From: a virus
Taxonomy: Duplodnaviria; Caudoviricetes
IMG/VR virus record: IMGVR_UViG_3300042393_000070
Coordinates: 1-31,358 of that record
Length of the DNA stretch: 31,358 bases
Strand: one strand, 5' to 3'
Of this stretch, positions 1-9,318 are shown one piece after another. The position numbers were made by a program, and so were the translations under genes. Position 1 is the first letter of the stretch, and each line of letters begins with the position of its first letter. The notes under the pieces are model-generated. The model had not been told where the DNA came from and did no database searches. It saw only the letters and a list, made by a program, of their open reading frames with translations.

Positions 1-4
1 ACAC

Positions 5-191
5 TTTGTTATAAATTACGTTGTTCTTGTTGAAATTATATTTCCTGCTCCATCTCTAACTACTGCAGTAGAACCTCCAACTAAAGTTCCTATTCCTTGT
101 TCTGATAATTCTCCATTGCAACATTTTTGCGAGTATTTACCATCTTTGCATAAGCAACCTCTATTACCACCTGTTGGTGAACTTGTTTTTC
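5..191. repeat. Left copy of 187-bp terminal direct repeat (circular overlap)
   Basis: Matches 31172-31358 except at 49 (t vs a) and 64 (t vs c); offset 31,167. Confidence 0.95.
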
Positions 192-195
192 CCAT
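16..195 (-). CDS. Small Cys-rich protein (59 aa) of the head module
   Basis: MGKTSSPTGGNRGCLCKDGKYSQKCCNG; ATG at 195 lies just after the protease stop at 200, so it is preferred over the 219 start; both repeat SNPs are synonymous in this frame. Confidence 0.75.
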   Translation of the reverse strand: MGKTSSPTGGNRGCLCKDGKYSQKCCNGELSEQGIGTLVGGSTAVVRDGAGNIISTRTT

Positions 196-199
196 AATT

Positions 200-790
200 T
201 TATTTATTAATTTCAGCATTAGTTATTATTGATTTTATTTTATCTATTAATTCTTGTTCTTTTGCAAGTTCTAAACTCATTTCTAATTTATCAGAAAAAT
301 ATCCTTCGATACTGAAACCTTTAACCTTTCCTGTTTTTACAAAGTCATTCCATATAGCATCATTATTAACTTTCATTGATACCATCCAAGTACCTACAGG
401 AGCATTTAAACCATACTTTTTAGACTTATCCATTTCAGTATCTTCAACTATCCAAGATTCAACTACACTTAAATCTTTTAGTTTCTTTTCGTGTTCTAAT
501 GTTGCATTGTTTTGATTACTATTCATTAAGAATAATTCACTTGCTTTACGTACTGTATCATTTGAAAAGAATATATAATATTCATCATCTCCATTTTTAC
601 GGTAAATGTTTTTATTTGGTATTAATGCAGCACCCATTAAAATCTTCTTTTCATCATCAACTTTAGCAAGTTCTAAATGTTCACTTAAAGCAATAAAGTT
701 AGATTCTATTGCAGGAAATTCTACGATTGATACTGCTTCTATTCCGTTTAACTTTTCAGTTTCGTCTATTATTAATTCAACTATTCTCAT
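200..790 (-). CDS. XkdF-like putative prohead serine protease
   Basis: Motifs ILMGAALIPNK, ATLEHE, VESWIVED, GTWMVSMKV and KGFSIEG typical of XkdF (Peptidase_S78_2); lies upstream of scaffold and capsid on the circle. Confidence 0.85.
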   Translation of the reverse strand: MRIVELIIDETEKLNGIEAVSIVEFPAIESNFIALSEHLELAKVDDEKKILMGAALIPNKNIYRKNGDDEYYIFFSNDTVRKASELFLMNSNQNNATLEHEKKLKDLSVVESWIVEDTEMDKSKKYGLNAPVGTWMVSMKVNNDAIWNDFVKTGKVKGFSIEGYFSDKLEMSLELAKEQELIDKIKSIITNAEINK

Positions 791-802
791 ATTATTTTTT
801 TA

Positions 803-830
803 ATTATAATTAATTTATATTTATTTTGTT
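803..830 (-). promoter_or_regulatory. Candidate late promoter (AACAA-N13-TAATT)
   Basis: Same bipartite spacing at 7565-7592, 9600-9627, 28520-28547 and 31150-31177. Confidence 0.5.
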
Positions 831-2437
831 TATCCTATTGAAGCACTTGAAATTATATTGCGTTCCAAGCCTTGAGCAGTGGTTACGTCATTAGCAAGTA
901 CATAAGTTTTTATAGGTTGTTGTTGTTGGTTACCTATTGTTTGTGCTAATTGATTTGTTGCACTTGCACCTACTACATTAAATGCAGGAGCAGCAGGAGC
1001 AGCACCACCTCCACCTTCTCCACCACCACCACCTCCAGCACTTGGAGCAGCACCACCACCTAAAGCACCTAATCCTTTTGCAGTTGCAGCTATAACAGAA
1101 CCTATACTAATTGCCATTTTTGCATATAAAATAGCTGATGTACTTAATCCAAATATACCTTTTGTGGCAACTTCTTTAGATGAACCAACGTTTGTATTAT
1201 TTATAATTTCAGCAATAGATAAAGCACTATTAGCAATTAAAGCAGCTTTTTGTAATTTTTTATTTTTTTCTCCTAATCCAGCTATAATACTAACTAAACC
1301 TTGTGCAGATTGTATAGCAATTGAATTAATATTTCTTCTTGCATCTTCAGCAGCTTTTTTATCAGCAGTTATTTTATCTTCTTTTGCTTTAGCGTCTGCT
1401 ATTTCTTTATCACTTGCAGTCTTTTTTATATTAGATACATTATCTAAATGTTGTTGAGTTAATAATTCAGTATTTAAATTATTAGCTTGGTATTTAACTA
1501 ACCATTCCTGATATTCTCTTTCTTCTTTTTGTAAAGGTGTTTCTTGCCCTTCTCTTAAAGACCTTTCTTTATCCATTACTTCTTGTGCAGAAGCCATTTC
1601 TTTAGCAATCCTATCTTCTTCTATTCTTTTTAATGCGTCAGCTTCTTCTTTCTTTTTTGCTATTGCATCTTGTTTAGCTTTTTCTTGTTGTTCTTTCCTT
1701 TTGGCATCTGCTGCCTTTCTTGCTTCTGCTCTTTTTTCAGATTCTTCTTTTTCAGTTTTAGACATTTCTTTTGTTCCATCATTAAACCTTTTTACAGATT
1801 TATCATAATTAGAACTAAAATCATTAACAGAACTTTTTGCATCTTTCCAAGCACCACTAAAATCACCAGAAATAAGTTTTTTAATTGCACTACCTAACAT
1901 TCCTAATGATTGGAATACTGCAGTTACAGAACTATAAACAACTCCGAAGGCTTTTGATACAGTAGGTAAAGCACTAATAGCTAAATCAACTAAAGTATTA
2001 AATAATGGCTCTACTGCTCTAAATACACCGTTAAATAATTTACCCAATCCATCTAACAACGGTTGAATTTTCTTCATTGCATTTTCATTGTCTTGAAATG
2101 CAGCAACTAATCCTCCGATTAAAGAAACAAATAAACCTATTCCTGTTGCTTTTAAAGCACCACCAAAAGATTGAGTAGCTACTTTTGCTTTATTCAAAGC
2201 ACCTCCAACCATACCTAATGGTCCACCTGCTGATTCTAAACTATCAATCCAATCAGATGAAGCATTTTTAGAGGATTTAATTTTATCTTCTAAATCGTCT
2301 ATTTGATTATATAACTTTTTAAAATCTTCAGAACCTGCTGCAGTATCTTTTAACTGTCTTTTTAATGCTTTTAAATCAGCAATAGATTCACCAACATTTG
2401 ATTTTATTTCTAACTCTATTGTTTTCTTTTCAGCCAT
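830..2437 (-). CDS. Tape-measure-like protein (535 aa)
   Basis: Ala/Gly/Lys-rich helical composition, hydrophobic segments, long charged coiled coil, Gly-rich C-terminus; follows tail genes. Confidence 0.7.
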   Translation of the reverse strand: MAEKKTIELEIKSNVGESIADLKALKRQLKDTAAGSEDFKKLYNQIDDLEDKIKSSKNASSDWIDSLESAGGPLGMVGGALNKAKVATQSFGGALKATGIGLFVSLIGGLVAAFQDNENAMKKIQPLLDGLGKLFNGVFRAVEPLFNTLVDLAISALPTVSKAFGVVYSSVTAVFQSLGMLGSAIKKLISGDFSGAWKDAKSSVNDFSSNYDKSVKRFNDGTKEMSKTEKEESEKRAEARKAADAKRKEQQEKAKQDAIAKKKEEADALKRIEEDRIAKEMASAQEVMDKERSLREGQETPLQKEEREYQEWLVKYQANNLNTELLTQQHLDNVSNIKKTASDKEIADAKAKEDKITADKKAAEDARRNINSIAIQSAQGLVSIIAGLGEKNKKLQKAALIANSALSIAEIINNTNVGSSKEVATKGIFGLSTSAILYAKMAISIGSVIAATAKGLGALGGGAAPSAGGGGGGEGGGGAAPAAPAFNVVGASATNQLAQTIGNQQQQPIKTYVLANDVTTAQGLERNIISSASIG

Positions 2438-2574
2438 TTTATTTCTCTTTTGATTTGGTTAAATCCTTGTTTTAATGTTGTTGGTCTTTGGTATTTTCCT
2501 TTAGCTATTTCAATCAATTTACTTTGCCCGTAAAATTCATCTAATGCTAATAAATCTAAAATGTGCTTTATCAT
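2416..2574 (-). CDS. Small hypothetical protein (52 aa) upstream of tape measure, not in ORF track
   Basis: MIKHILDLLALDEFYGQSKLIEIAKGKYQRPTTLKQGFNQIKREIKWLKRKQ; fills the gap between flanking genes. Confidence 0.7.
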   Translation of the reverse strand: MIKHILDLLALDEFYGQSKLIEIAKGKYQRPTTLKQGFNQIKREIKWLKRKQ

Positions 2575-2576
2575 AA

Positions 2577-4538
2577 TTATCTAAAATCTGTTAATAATTC
2601 AAATTGAACTTCTCCTGTTGTTAAATCTGTTGTAAACGTATTAATTAAATATCTCTTATCTCTTATAATAAGTCTATCATTCAATTTAATCGTAGTTAAT
2701 AATGATGTTGGTAATATTCCACTAACTTTAATTAATCGTGCTTTAGAATCAAATATATTAGCTAAATAATTTTTGTAATATTGGTCATATAAACCTTTGT
2801 CAATTAATTCATTTGTTAATGTGGATTGTTGTTGATTAAAGTTTAATCCATAAGTATTTGTACCATCAAAATATTCTTGCCCAAATGCCTTATATGAAAT
2901 TAATGTATGTGTAGCAGAACCTGTTAATGCGGTTGAAAATTTAAAATCAACTCCAGAAATAAATGATGTTAATGAAGTTGGTTTATAATCATATAATATA
3001 ATTGGTTTAGGAATATACTTTTGTAAATCTGTTTTTAATGTATATCCTACTTGTAATTTATCCTGTAAGTTATTAAAATTTAAATCTTCAAATGGTAATT
3101 TAATATTGTATTCATCCCCATCATTTTGAGTATTGTAAAATAATGAACCGTACTCAATACCATTTTCTGACATAAAACCAACATTAACTAAAGACTCACT
3201 TTTTTCATATTCAAAGTTTATTTTCTTATATGTTTTTACTCTATTTAAATTTACGTTATCAGATTTAATATATTTTGTAATATCTCTTGTAGTTCCTGCA
3301 GCATAATAATCTTCTAATTGTTCTATTGTGTAATTAATTCCGTCAGTTGAATAACAAGTAAGATTAAACATTTTTAATAATGCACTAAAGAAATCTTCTA
3401 TTTTTATATCTGGAAAATATGTTTTTATTGAAATATTTGTTGATATTGTTTGAGCAGACATTGTAGCAGATTTTGTGTAAGTCCCAAAAGTAGCACCCAT
3501 ATCTATTTTAAATACAAATTGAAATGCTTCAGCGGTTTCTATATAAAATGAATGTTTATTTTGGTCTGCATCTGTTCTTACTACAAATGAACTTGTTCCT
3601 CCATTACTATCTATGTAAGTATCCCAAACTTCTCCGTTTAAATATCTTTTAACAACATAAGGAACTGTAGTAAATCCAGCTTGTGGCGTAATTGTTATTT
3701 GTGTTCCTCCGCCATTTGCTCTTATAAAATAATTATCAGTTAAATTTACAGTTACTCCTGCTAAATCTTCTAAATTTCCTTTATCTGTAAAATCAATCTG
3801 TTGGAATAAATTTGTTTTAAATTCATCAGCATTTTTTAAATATAAATAAGCATTTGTAAATCTTGTATCAGATAAAAATGAACCATTAAAATTCAAGTTT
3901 AAAATATTATTATCATTTGAAATCATATTTAAAACTGATGATAATTTTATAGCAGGAAACAATTCATTATATCTTATAGGTGTATCTGTATCGTTTATAT
4001 CGTCTAAACCACTACCACCATAAACCCAATATCTATTAGAACTAATTAATGGGAACATTACATTAGAACTTGTAGCAGTTGTTATTCTTGATAATACATT
4101 TGCAGCACTATAAGCAAAATCATAAGTAGTATCTGTTAAATCTTTTAAATATAAACCGTTAAATTTATCTTTTAAACTACCTAATGCTCCAATAAAAGTT
4201 ATACTATAATCTTGTGGTTGCCCATCTTTAACATTTGCACTTTCTAATTGTATCTTACCACTTCTAAATGGAATGGTATCTATTTCAATATAAGCATCGG
4301 CTTTTGTTAATGTACTAAATCCATTGTCGTTTGAATTTTCGTACCAATGTCTGAATATTTTATTATTTTGTTTTGATGCCGGTACAGTAAATGTTTGGCT
4401 AAAATCCGTAAACGTCTTGGATATATCATTCACATTTTGTATGGAACTATTAACAGATATTTTTTCATCGTTAAATAATTCTACTCTATTGTATTCTAAT
4501 GTAACTGAATCTTTAATATATATTCCTAATACTATCAT
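2577..4538 (-). CDS. Tail tip/hub-like structural protein (653 aa)
   Basis: FSQTFTVPASKQNNKIF motif, C-terminal LNDRLIIRDKRYLIN; next to tape measure. Confidence 0.6.
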   Translation of the reverse strand: MIVLGIYIKDSVTLEYNRVELFNDEKISVNSSIQNVNDISKTFTDFSQTFTVPASKQNNKIFRHWYENSNDNGFSTLTKADAYIEIDTIPFRSGKIQLESANVKDGQPQDYSITFIGALGSLKDKFNGLYLKDLTDTTYDFAYSAANVLSRITTATSSNVMFPLISSNRYWVYGGSGLDDINDTDTPIRYNELFPAIKLSSVLNMISNDNNILNLNFNGSFLSDTRFTNAYLYLKNADEFKTNLFQQIDFTDKGNLEDLAGVTVNLTDNYFIRANGGGTQITITPQAGFTTVPYVVKRYLNGEVWDTYIDSNGGTSSFVVRTDADQNKHSFYIETAEAFQFVFKIDMGATFGTYTKSATMSAQTISTNISIKTYFPDIKIEDFFSALLKMFNLTCYSTDGINYTIEQLEDYYAAGTTRDITKYIKSDNVNLNRVKTYKKINFEYEKSESLVNVGFMSENGIEYGSLFYNTQNDGDEYNIKLPFEDLNFNNLQDKLQVGYTLKTDLQKYIPKPIILYDYKPTSLTSFISGVDFKFSTALTGSATHTLISYKAFGQEYFDGTNTYGLNFNQQQSTLTNELIDKGLYDQYYKNYLANIFDSKARLIKVSGILPTSLLTTIKLNDRLIIRDKRYLINTFTTDLTTGEVQFELLTDFR

Positions 4539-5641
4539 ACAACATCATTTATAAGGTTATAAGCGTATTCAAATTCTATTTCGTAGTTTATTAGTTTGTC
4601 TTTCAAACTTGTCTTTAAATCGCTTCCTTGTGTTTTTACTGTTACAGGTTTAAAATCTAATAAAACAGTTTCTGATAATAATAAATCAGTTATTAATTCT
4701 GAATAGTTTTCATCTACAAATCCTGTATTTAGTTTTATAGTTTGAGTTCCGTTTATATTAAATGATTTAACTTGCCCTTTAGATGTGTTATAGTTTATTG
4801 CTGAAGGCATTAATTTATAATCTGTTCCTTTTACTGCAATAGAATTAGTTTGTTGCTTAAAGAATGTTAAAAATTCCCAACCTCCATATCGATTAATAAA
4901 AGTACATTCAATAGGTGTATATTTGCATTCTTCGTTTGAATAAACAAAAACGGCATCTGAACCAACTAATACTGAACTTGCATCGTAAAAATTAACTGTT
5001 AAAGCACATCCATCTTGAAAATTTACATTTGTTGGATGCAATGTTAATGGTATTTTAAAATTATATATTCCATTTAATCCACTAACAGTTTGACTTATAA
5101 GATAAGTATTAGCTAAATTAGTATATATAATATCTATATAATAACCAGTAGTAAATTCCCCTAACCAATTAATATAATTTTTTAAAGAAGAACTTGATTT
5201 TATTATGTTTTTAGATATAAAAGAATTTGATAAAAATCCAGCAGTTACATAATTAAAAATAGCATTTACTCCTTGTGTATAAGTTGTAAAACCATTTACA
5301 CCTACGTAATCTGTTGAGTCTAATTCTGTGTATGTGCTTCCTACTAACTTAAATCTTTTAACTCTAAAATTTACCCATTCATTATTATCTTCATAAGATG
5401 GAGAAGAAGCTATTTTAGTTGGTTTTATATTATCTATAAATTCCTTTACATAATTTGAAACATTATAATATGTACTTATTTGTGTTGCACTTGGTATTGC
5501 TTTTGATAAAGAATAAAATCCTGTTCCTGATGTAGGAACTGAACTACCTTTTTGCCAAATAGATAATTCTATTTTACTGCCAATTTGCCCAGTTTCATTT
5601 ACTTCAATTATAAATGGACTTCTTACTTTTACTACTTTCAT
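4535..5641 (-). CDS. Putative tail structural protein (368 aa)
   Basis: C-terminal FINRYGGWEFLTF and LNTGFVDE motifs; ATGA overlap within the tail cluster. Confidence 0.55.
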   Translation of the reverse strand: MKVVKVRSPFIIEVNETGQIGSKIELSIWQKGSSVPTSGTGFYSLSKAIPSATQISTYYNVSNYVKEFIDNIKPTKIASSPSYEDNNEWVNFRVKRFKLVGSTYTELDSTDYVGVNGFTTYTQGVNAIFNYVTAGFLSNSFISKNIIKSSSSLKNYINWLGEFTTGYYIDIIYTNLANTYLISQTVSGLNGIYNFKIPLTLHPTNVNFQDGCALTVNFYDASSVLVGSDAVFVYSNEECKYTPIECTFINRYGGWEFLTFFKQQTNSIAVKGTDYKLMPSAINYNTSKGQVKSFNINGTQTIKLNTGFVDENYSELITDLLLSETVLLDFKPVTVKTQGSDLKTSLKDKLINYEIEFEYAYNLINDVV

Positions 5642-5808
5642 AATGTATGGTATATTGTGTCAATCAATTCTTCATCAACGTAAACTTCTTCTTTGCAAAT
5701 ATCAAATAAATACACACTTGAATCAATTACTGTATCGCTTTCTATTGTAAAGGTTGGATATTCTTCTTCTTCTTTATATATTTTTATTTTGTGTTTAAAT
5801 ATTTTCAT
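5638..5808 (-). CDS. Small acidic protein (56 aa), not in ORF track
   Basis: MKIFKHKIKIYKEEEEYPTFTIESD...DTIYHTL; ATGA overlaps with both neighbours. Confidence 0.7.
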   Translation of the reverse strand: MKIFKHKIKIYKEEEEYPTFTIESDTVIDSSVYLFDICKEEVYVDEELIDTIYHTL

Positions 5809-6356
5809 TTTATATCTTTTAAATTATAATCTACCATTGTTTCAACATCTTGACCAAATGCTTTTAATAAATCTACATCTATATATTTTTTATATCCTGC
5901 TTCAAATGGTTTAGTGAAAAATAAAGAAGGTTTAATTCCTCTTGCCCAAATGTTTTTTGCTAAAATAATTCCTATTGTTTTATAACTACCTTCTGCAAAC
6001 TTTCCTTTTTTGTCTCTTAATCTAAAGTTCTTTTGCTTTGCCCATAATTCTAAAAACTTTGATGGTGGTCTTTTTATTTTAAAACTGTAAGGACTATTTG
6101 GTGCTTGTTGTCCTTTTATCTTTGCGTTTTTAGATACTTGTGATGGGTCTGCACCTTTAACTCCTTTATCAACAAACAATCCATAATCAGCCATAGAAAA
6201 ACCAACAATAGTAAATCCGTTTTCAGTTACAATTTCACCTTTAATACTATTATATAAACCTTTAGTATTATTGTGTTTTGATTTACTTAAATTACTTCTT
6301 GACTGTTGAATAACATAATCACGAAATCTTTTTATAACTGCTTCCGTTTCTAACAT
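5805..6356 (-). CDS. Putative neck/tail completion protein (HK97 gp10-like)
   Basis: Basic 183 aa with GLYNSIKG, YGLFVDKGVKG and GIKPSLFFTKPF. Confidence 0.55.
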   Translation of the reverse strand: MLETEAVIKRFRDYVIQQSRSNLSKSKHNNTKGLYNSIKGEIVTENGFTIVGFSMADYGLFVDKGVKGADPSQVSKNAKIKGQQAPNSPYSFKIKRPPSKFLELWAKQKNFRLRDKKGKFAEGSYKTIGIILAKNIWARGIKPSLFFTKPFEAGYKKYIDVDLLKAFGQDVETMVDYNLKDIK

Positions 6357-6805
6357 TTGCTCATTTGATTTTGTATTACCATATCAAAAGTAACTGTAAC
6401 TCCTGCCATTTTGTTTTCAAATCTTTCTGTAAAAAATTCACAAGATGGTGTACCTGCTAATTCATAATCATCACCAAATTTACCCATTCTTAAAACCTCC
6501 AAGAATCTATTAACTACCATTAGTTGCGTATTTAAAACATCTTGCTCATTGTCATTACCTAAAAATATATCAGTTGTTAATGATTTACTTTCATCAACTA
6601 TATCCATACATAATATAGATACATTATAACTCCAAGTTGAACCTAAATAAGTAGCTGAATTAATTATAATATGACTCAAAGGAAAGATTGTAAGCTTGTT
6701 TAAATCAACTTTAAATATATCTCCAATAGTAACTGTGTTTACAAATAAATCTTCCTTTAATTGGTTCTTAATTGCTTGTGTTATTTCGTAATAATGTGAT
6801 GTCAT
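6350..6805 (-). CDS. Putative tail terminator/completion protein
   Basis: 151-aa acidic protein with FPLSHI and FTERFENKMAG; adjacent to gp10-like gene. Confidence 0.5.
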   Translation of the reverse strand: MTSHYYEITQAIKNQLKEDLFVNTVTIGDIFKVDLNKLTIFPLSHIIINSATYLGSTWSYNVSILCMDIVDESKSLTTDIFLGNDNEQDVLNTQLMVVNRFLEVLRMGKFGDDYELAGTPSCEFFTERFENKMAGVTVTFDMVIQNQMSKC

Positions 6806-7059
6806 CTATTCTGTCTTTTAATTAAATCAGCTTCTATTTTATTCTTTTCTTTTTCGAATGTTAGATATGTTAAACATTGGTTAATTGGTAATCTTGTAAC
6901 TTGGTCAAATCTGTTAAGGTCTCCTTGAGCAATAGCATAGATTGAACTATACCATCCCCATTTTTGTCCGAAGTTTGCTGTTGCAGAATATTCTGAACCT
7001 CCTTGTCCTTCTCCAAATAAGCTATCGTAGCTTTCAATAATTCGTTGCCTAAACTGTAA
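6802..7059 (-). CDS. -1 frameshift extension of the chaperone (fusion about 249 aa)
   Basis: After the T9 run (7058-7066) the -1 frame reads LQFRQRIIESYDSLF...WGWYSSIYAIAQGD...KRQNR; its stop overlaps the next ATG at 6805. Confidence 0.7.
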   Translation of the reverse strand, partial: LQFRQRIIESYDSLFGEGQGGSEYSATANFGQKWGWYSSIYAIAQGDLNRFDQVTRLPINQCLTYLTFEKEKNKIEADLIKRQNR

Positions 7060-7550
7060 AAAAAAACCGTTGCACCTAAACAAACATCAAGTGGAGCAAA
7101 CTTCATAACCTCTGCATAAGTTATACTTCCATTGTAATCTTCAATCTCATATGTCCCATTTAAACCTTTCTTTTTAATTGGTCTATACAATACTGCCATT
7201 GCTTTATGTATCTCATCCCAATCAGTAATATACGTATCTAAATCAGTATATTCTCCAAATGTCATTTCATCTAAATTAGGAATAAAACCAAATTCAGTAC
7301 CACCCATTTTAAAAGTAGGTATAAAAGAATGATTCTGGTTAAACATATTTCCAATAGATGTAGTTATATCATTTACATCTTTATATTTAATCTGTGCAAC
7401 TTCTTTTAAATCTATTCCACAAAATATCTGTACCATTTTTTGATGCAGAAATTCTGTATCTTCATTGTCTTTAGCTATCTTTAAAAAAGCCTGATATTGT
7501 GAAAGTTTTATTTCACTTAATTTAGTTGGTATTGTTATTTCTAACTTCAT
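6870..7550 (-). CDS. Putative tail assembly chaperone, 0-frame product (226 aa)
   Basis: MTFGEYTDLD and MAVLYRP motifs; contains a T9 slippery run at GTT TTT TTT TAC. Confidence 0.6.
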   Translation of the reverse strand: MKLEITIPTKLSEIKLSQYQAFLKIAKDNEDTEFLHQKMVQIFCGIDLKEVAQIKYKDVNDITTSIGNMFNQNHSFIPTFKMGGTEFGFIPNLDEMTFGEYTDLDTYITDWDEIHKAMAVLYRPIKKKGLNGTYEIEDYNGSITYAEVMKFAPLDVCLGATVFFYSLGNELLKATIAYLEKDKEVQNILQQQTSDKNGDGIVQSMLLLKETLTDLTKLQDYQLTNV

Positions 7551-7598
7551 TTGTTTATTTTTTTATAATAATAAAATAAAGTCATAATTGTATTAAAC

Positions 7599-7625
7599 AA
7601 AAAAAAGCAACCATTTCTGATTGCT
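7599..7625 (-). terminator. Intrinsic terminator
   Basis: AGCAATCA-GAAA-TGGTTGCT followed by a T run. Confidence 0.8.
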
Positions 7626-7650
7626 CCTTTCAACTATTAACTAACCTTAA

Positions 7651-7809
7651 TTAAACTTCCTTTATATCTATTGCAAAGAATCTTTGTTTAAACATATCTC
7701 TGAATAATGTAATTACCGTCTGTTCGTTTTCTGCTATTATATTAGCATACTCATAATCTTTCTCATTGTCGGCATATCTGTACCATCCTTTAACTTCGTA
7801 TTGTTTCAT
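7651..7809 (-). CDS. Small hypothetical protein (52 aa) with its own promoter and terminator
   Basis: MKQYEVKGWYRYADNEKDYEYANIIAENE...; not in ORF track. Confidence 0.7.
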   Translation of the reverse strand: MKQYEVKGWYRYADNEKDYEYANIIAENEQTVITLFRDMFKQRFFAIDIKEV

Positions 7810-7839
7810 AGTGTTTGTTTTAAGATTAAATATATTTTA

Positions 7840-7889
7840 CAAATATAATACTTTTTGTTATTTATATTTTACTTTAACTTTTATTTAAC
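7840..7889 (-). promoter_or_regulatory. Bacteroidota-type promoter with TTAAC-N6-TTAAC box
   Basis: TATATTTG at 7847-7840; TTAAC at 7874 and 7885. Confidence 0.65.
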
Positions 7890-7932
7890 ATTACCTTTGA
7901 TGTAAAGATAAACCCTAATTTTAAGTGTTATC

Positions 7933-8082
7933 CTACTGCAAAAGGTAAGCACTTGCAGTCTTATACATTTCCTGCATCTTTCTAATCTCACCTATATTTC
8001 TTGGCAAATTAATAACCACTTGTATATCTTTAACGTGATGTATATAACATTGTATTACTGCAATTATTTCACCGTAGCTCAT
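7933..8082 (-). CDS. Small hypothetical protein (49 aa)
   Basis: MSYGEIIAVIQCYIHHVKDIQVVINLPRN...; preceded by TATATTTGCG. Confidence 0.6.
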   Translation of the reverse strand: MSYGEIIAVIQCYIHHVKDIQVVINLPRNIGEIRKMQEMYKTASAYLLQ

Positions 8083-8113
8083 TTGACAAGTATTTTGTTT
8101 CGTTTACTTGTCG

Positions 8114-8121
8114 CAAATATA
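8114..8121 (-). promoter_or_regulatory. Bacteroidota -7 promoter element
   Basis: TATATTTG 32 nt upstream of the ATG at 8082. Confidence 0.55.
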
Positions 8122-8140
8122 GGATAAATGTGCGACAATA

Positions 8141-9307
8141 TTAGTATATAAAGTAAGTTCCTTTGTTTGGATTCTCTAAATGTGATGTTGCTGCATAACG
8201 CATTGCATCTATTGCGTGATTATAAGCATCTATTGGTTTATTCATTTTTACTCCTGTTTTATCTACCATCCAGATATAGTTTCTTAATTCGTTTATTAGA
8301 TTCTTACTTCTTGATGTGATATATATTTTGTTTTGATTGATTAAATTTAAGCCAAATAAGATACTATCTTTTCCTTTTGATACTGGTAATACATTATGTC
8401 CATAACTATTCAATTCAGCTATTGATTTAGGTTCAGCACTATCAGCATAAACAATATCATTTACTTCATTTGCTTTTAATAGATTAGATATTTCACTATT
8501 CAATAATCCTTTCTTGTATATTACCTCATCAAATATATAAGCATCGTTGTATTTATACATAGCAACTAAACTTGTAGGGTCATTACTGTAACCAAAATCC
8601 ATTCCGTAACACAATATTCTTGCTTCTGTTGGTAAATCTATTTCATTCCAATCTGTAATACATACACCTTCTAAACTACCTGTTTGTCCAAGTCCATATA
8701 CTTGCCACCAATTAGCCCAATATGTAGATGTTAATGCTTTTACTTTTGCTGATTCTATTTCTTTTATAATAGTATCACTTAATGCTTCATTGTCTAAATA
8801 AGTTAATGTAATAAAGTCTATATTATCTTGAGTTAGTATTTCTTTATCAACCCAAAATGCAGAAGCAGGATTGTAATCTAGCCATATATCACCTGATGTT
8901 CTAATTGCCATTTGGTAATAGCTTTCAAAGTCTATATTGTTACATTCATTAACGTATAATATGTTACGCCTTGCACCTCTTAACTTGTCAGGTTGGTCTA
9001 CACTAAAGAATTCAATATAACTACCATTAGCAAATGTGTATTTTAAAGTAGATTTATTAAACTGGTCATCATTATACCTACCTAAAGCCATTATAATCTT
9101 TAAGAAATCTTTTAAAGCACCTCTACGCAAATGTGGTATAGATTCAGATACAACACTTATTTCAAGCATTGGTTCTTTTATTGCTTTATCAATTAATAAA
9201 GGAAGTATTCCAAAAGTTTTACCTGCTGAAGTACCTCCTCTAATAACTTTAATACGTTGCTTTAAACGTGATAACTTCTTTATTGCAGTAGTTAATACAA
9301 ACTCCAT
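8141..9307 (-). CDS. terL: Terminase large subunit (PBSX/XtmB-like)
   Basis: Walker A GGTSAGKT, LRGARRNILYVNE, DYNP, nuclease motifs GMDFGYSNDP, ADSAEP and NHAIDAMRY. Confidence 0.95.
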   Translation of the reverse strand: MEFVLTTAIKKLSRLKQRIKVIRGGTSAGKTFGILPLLIDKAIKEPMLEISVVSESIPHLRRGALKDFLKIIMALGRYNDDQFNKSTLKYTFANGSYIEFFSVDQPDKLRGARRNILYVNECNNIDFESYYQMAIRTSGDIWLDYNPASAFWVDKEILTQDNIDFITLTYLDNEALSDTIIKEIESAKVKALTSTYWANWWQVYGLGQTGSLEGVCITDWNEIDLPTEARILCYGMDFGYSNDPTSLVAMYKYNDAYIFDEVIYKKGLLNSEISNLLKANEVNDIVYADSAEPKSIAELNSYGHNVLPVSKGKDSILFGLNLINQNKIYITSRSKNLINELRNYIWMVDKTGVKMNKPIDAYNHAIDAMRYAATSHLENPNKGTYFIY

Positions 9308-9318
9308 ATAATAATGTC

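Noticed and set aside
6802-7083. 93-aa ORF as an independent gene
   Set aside because: Its first residues precede the slippery run and lack an A-rich leader; better explained as a frameshift extension
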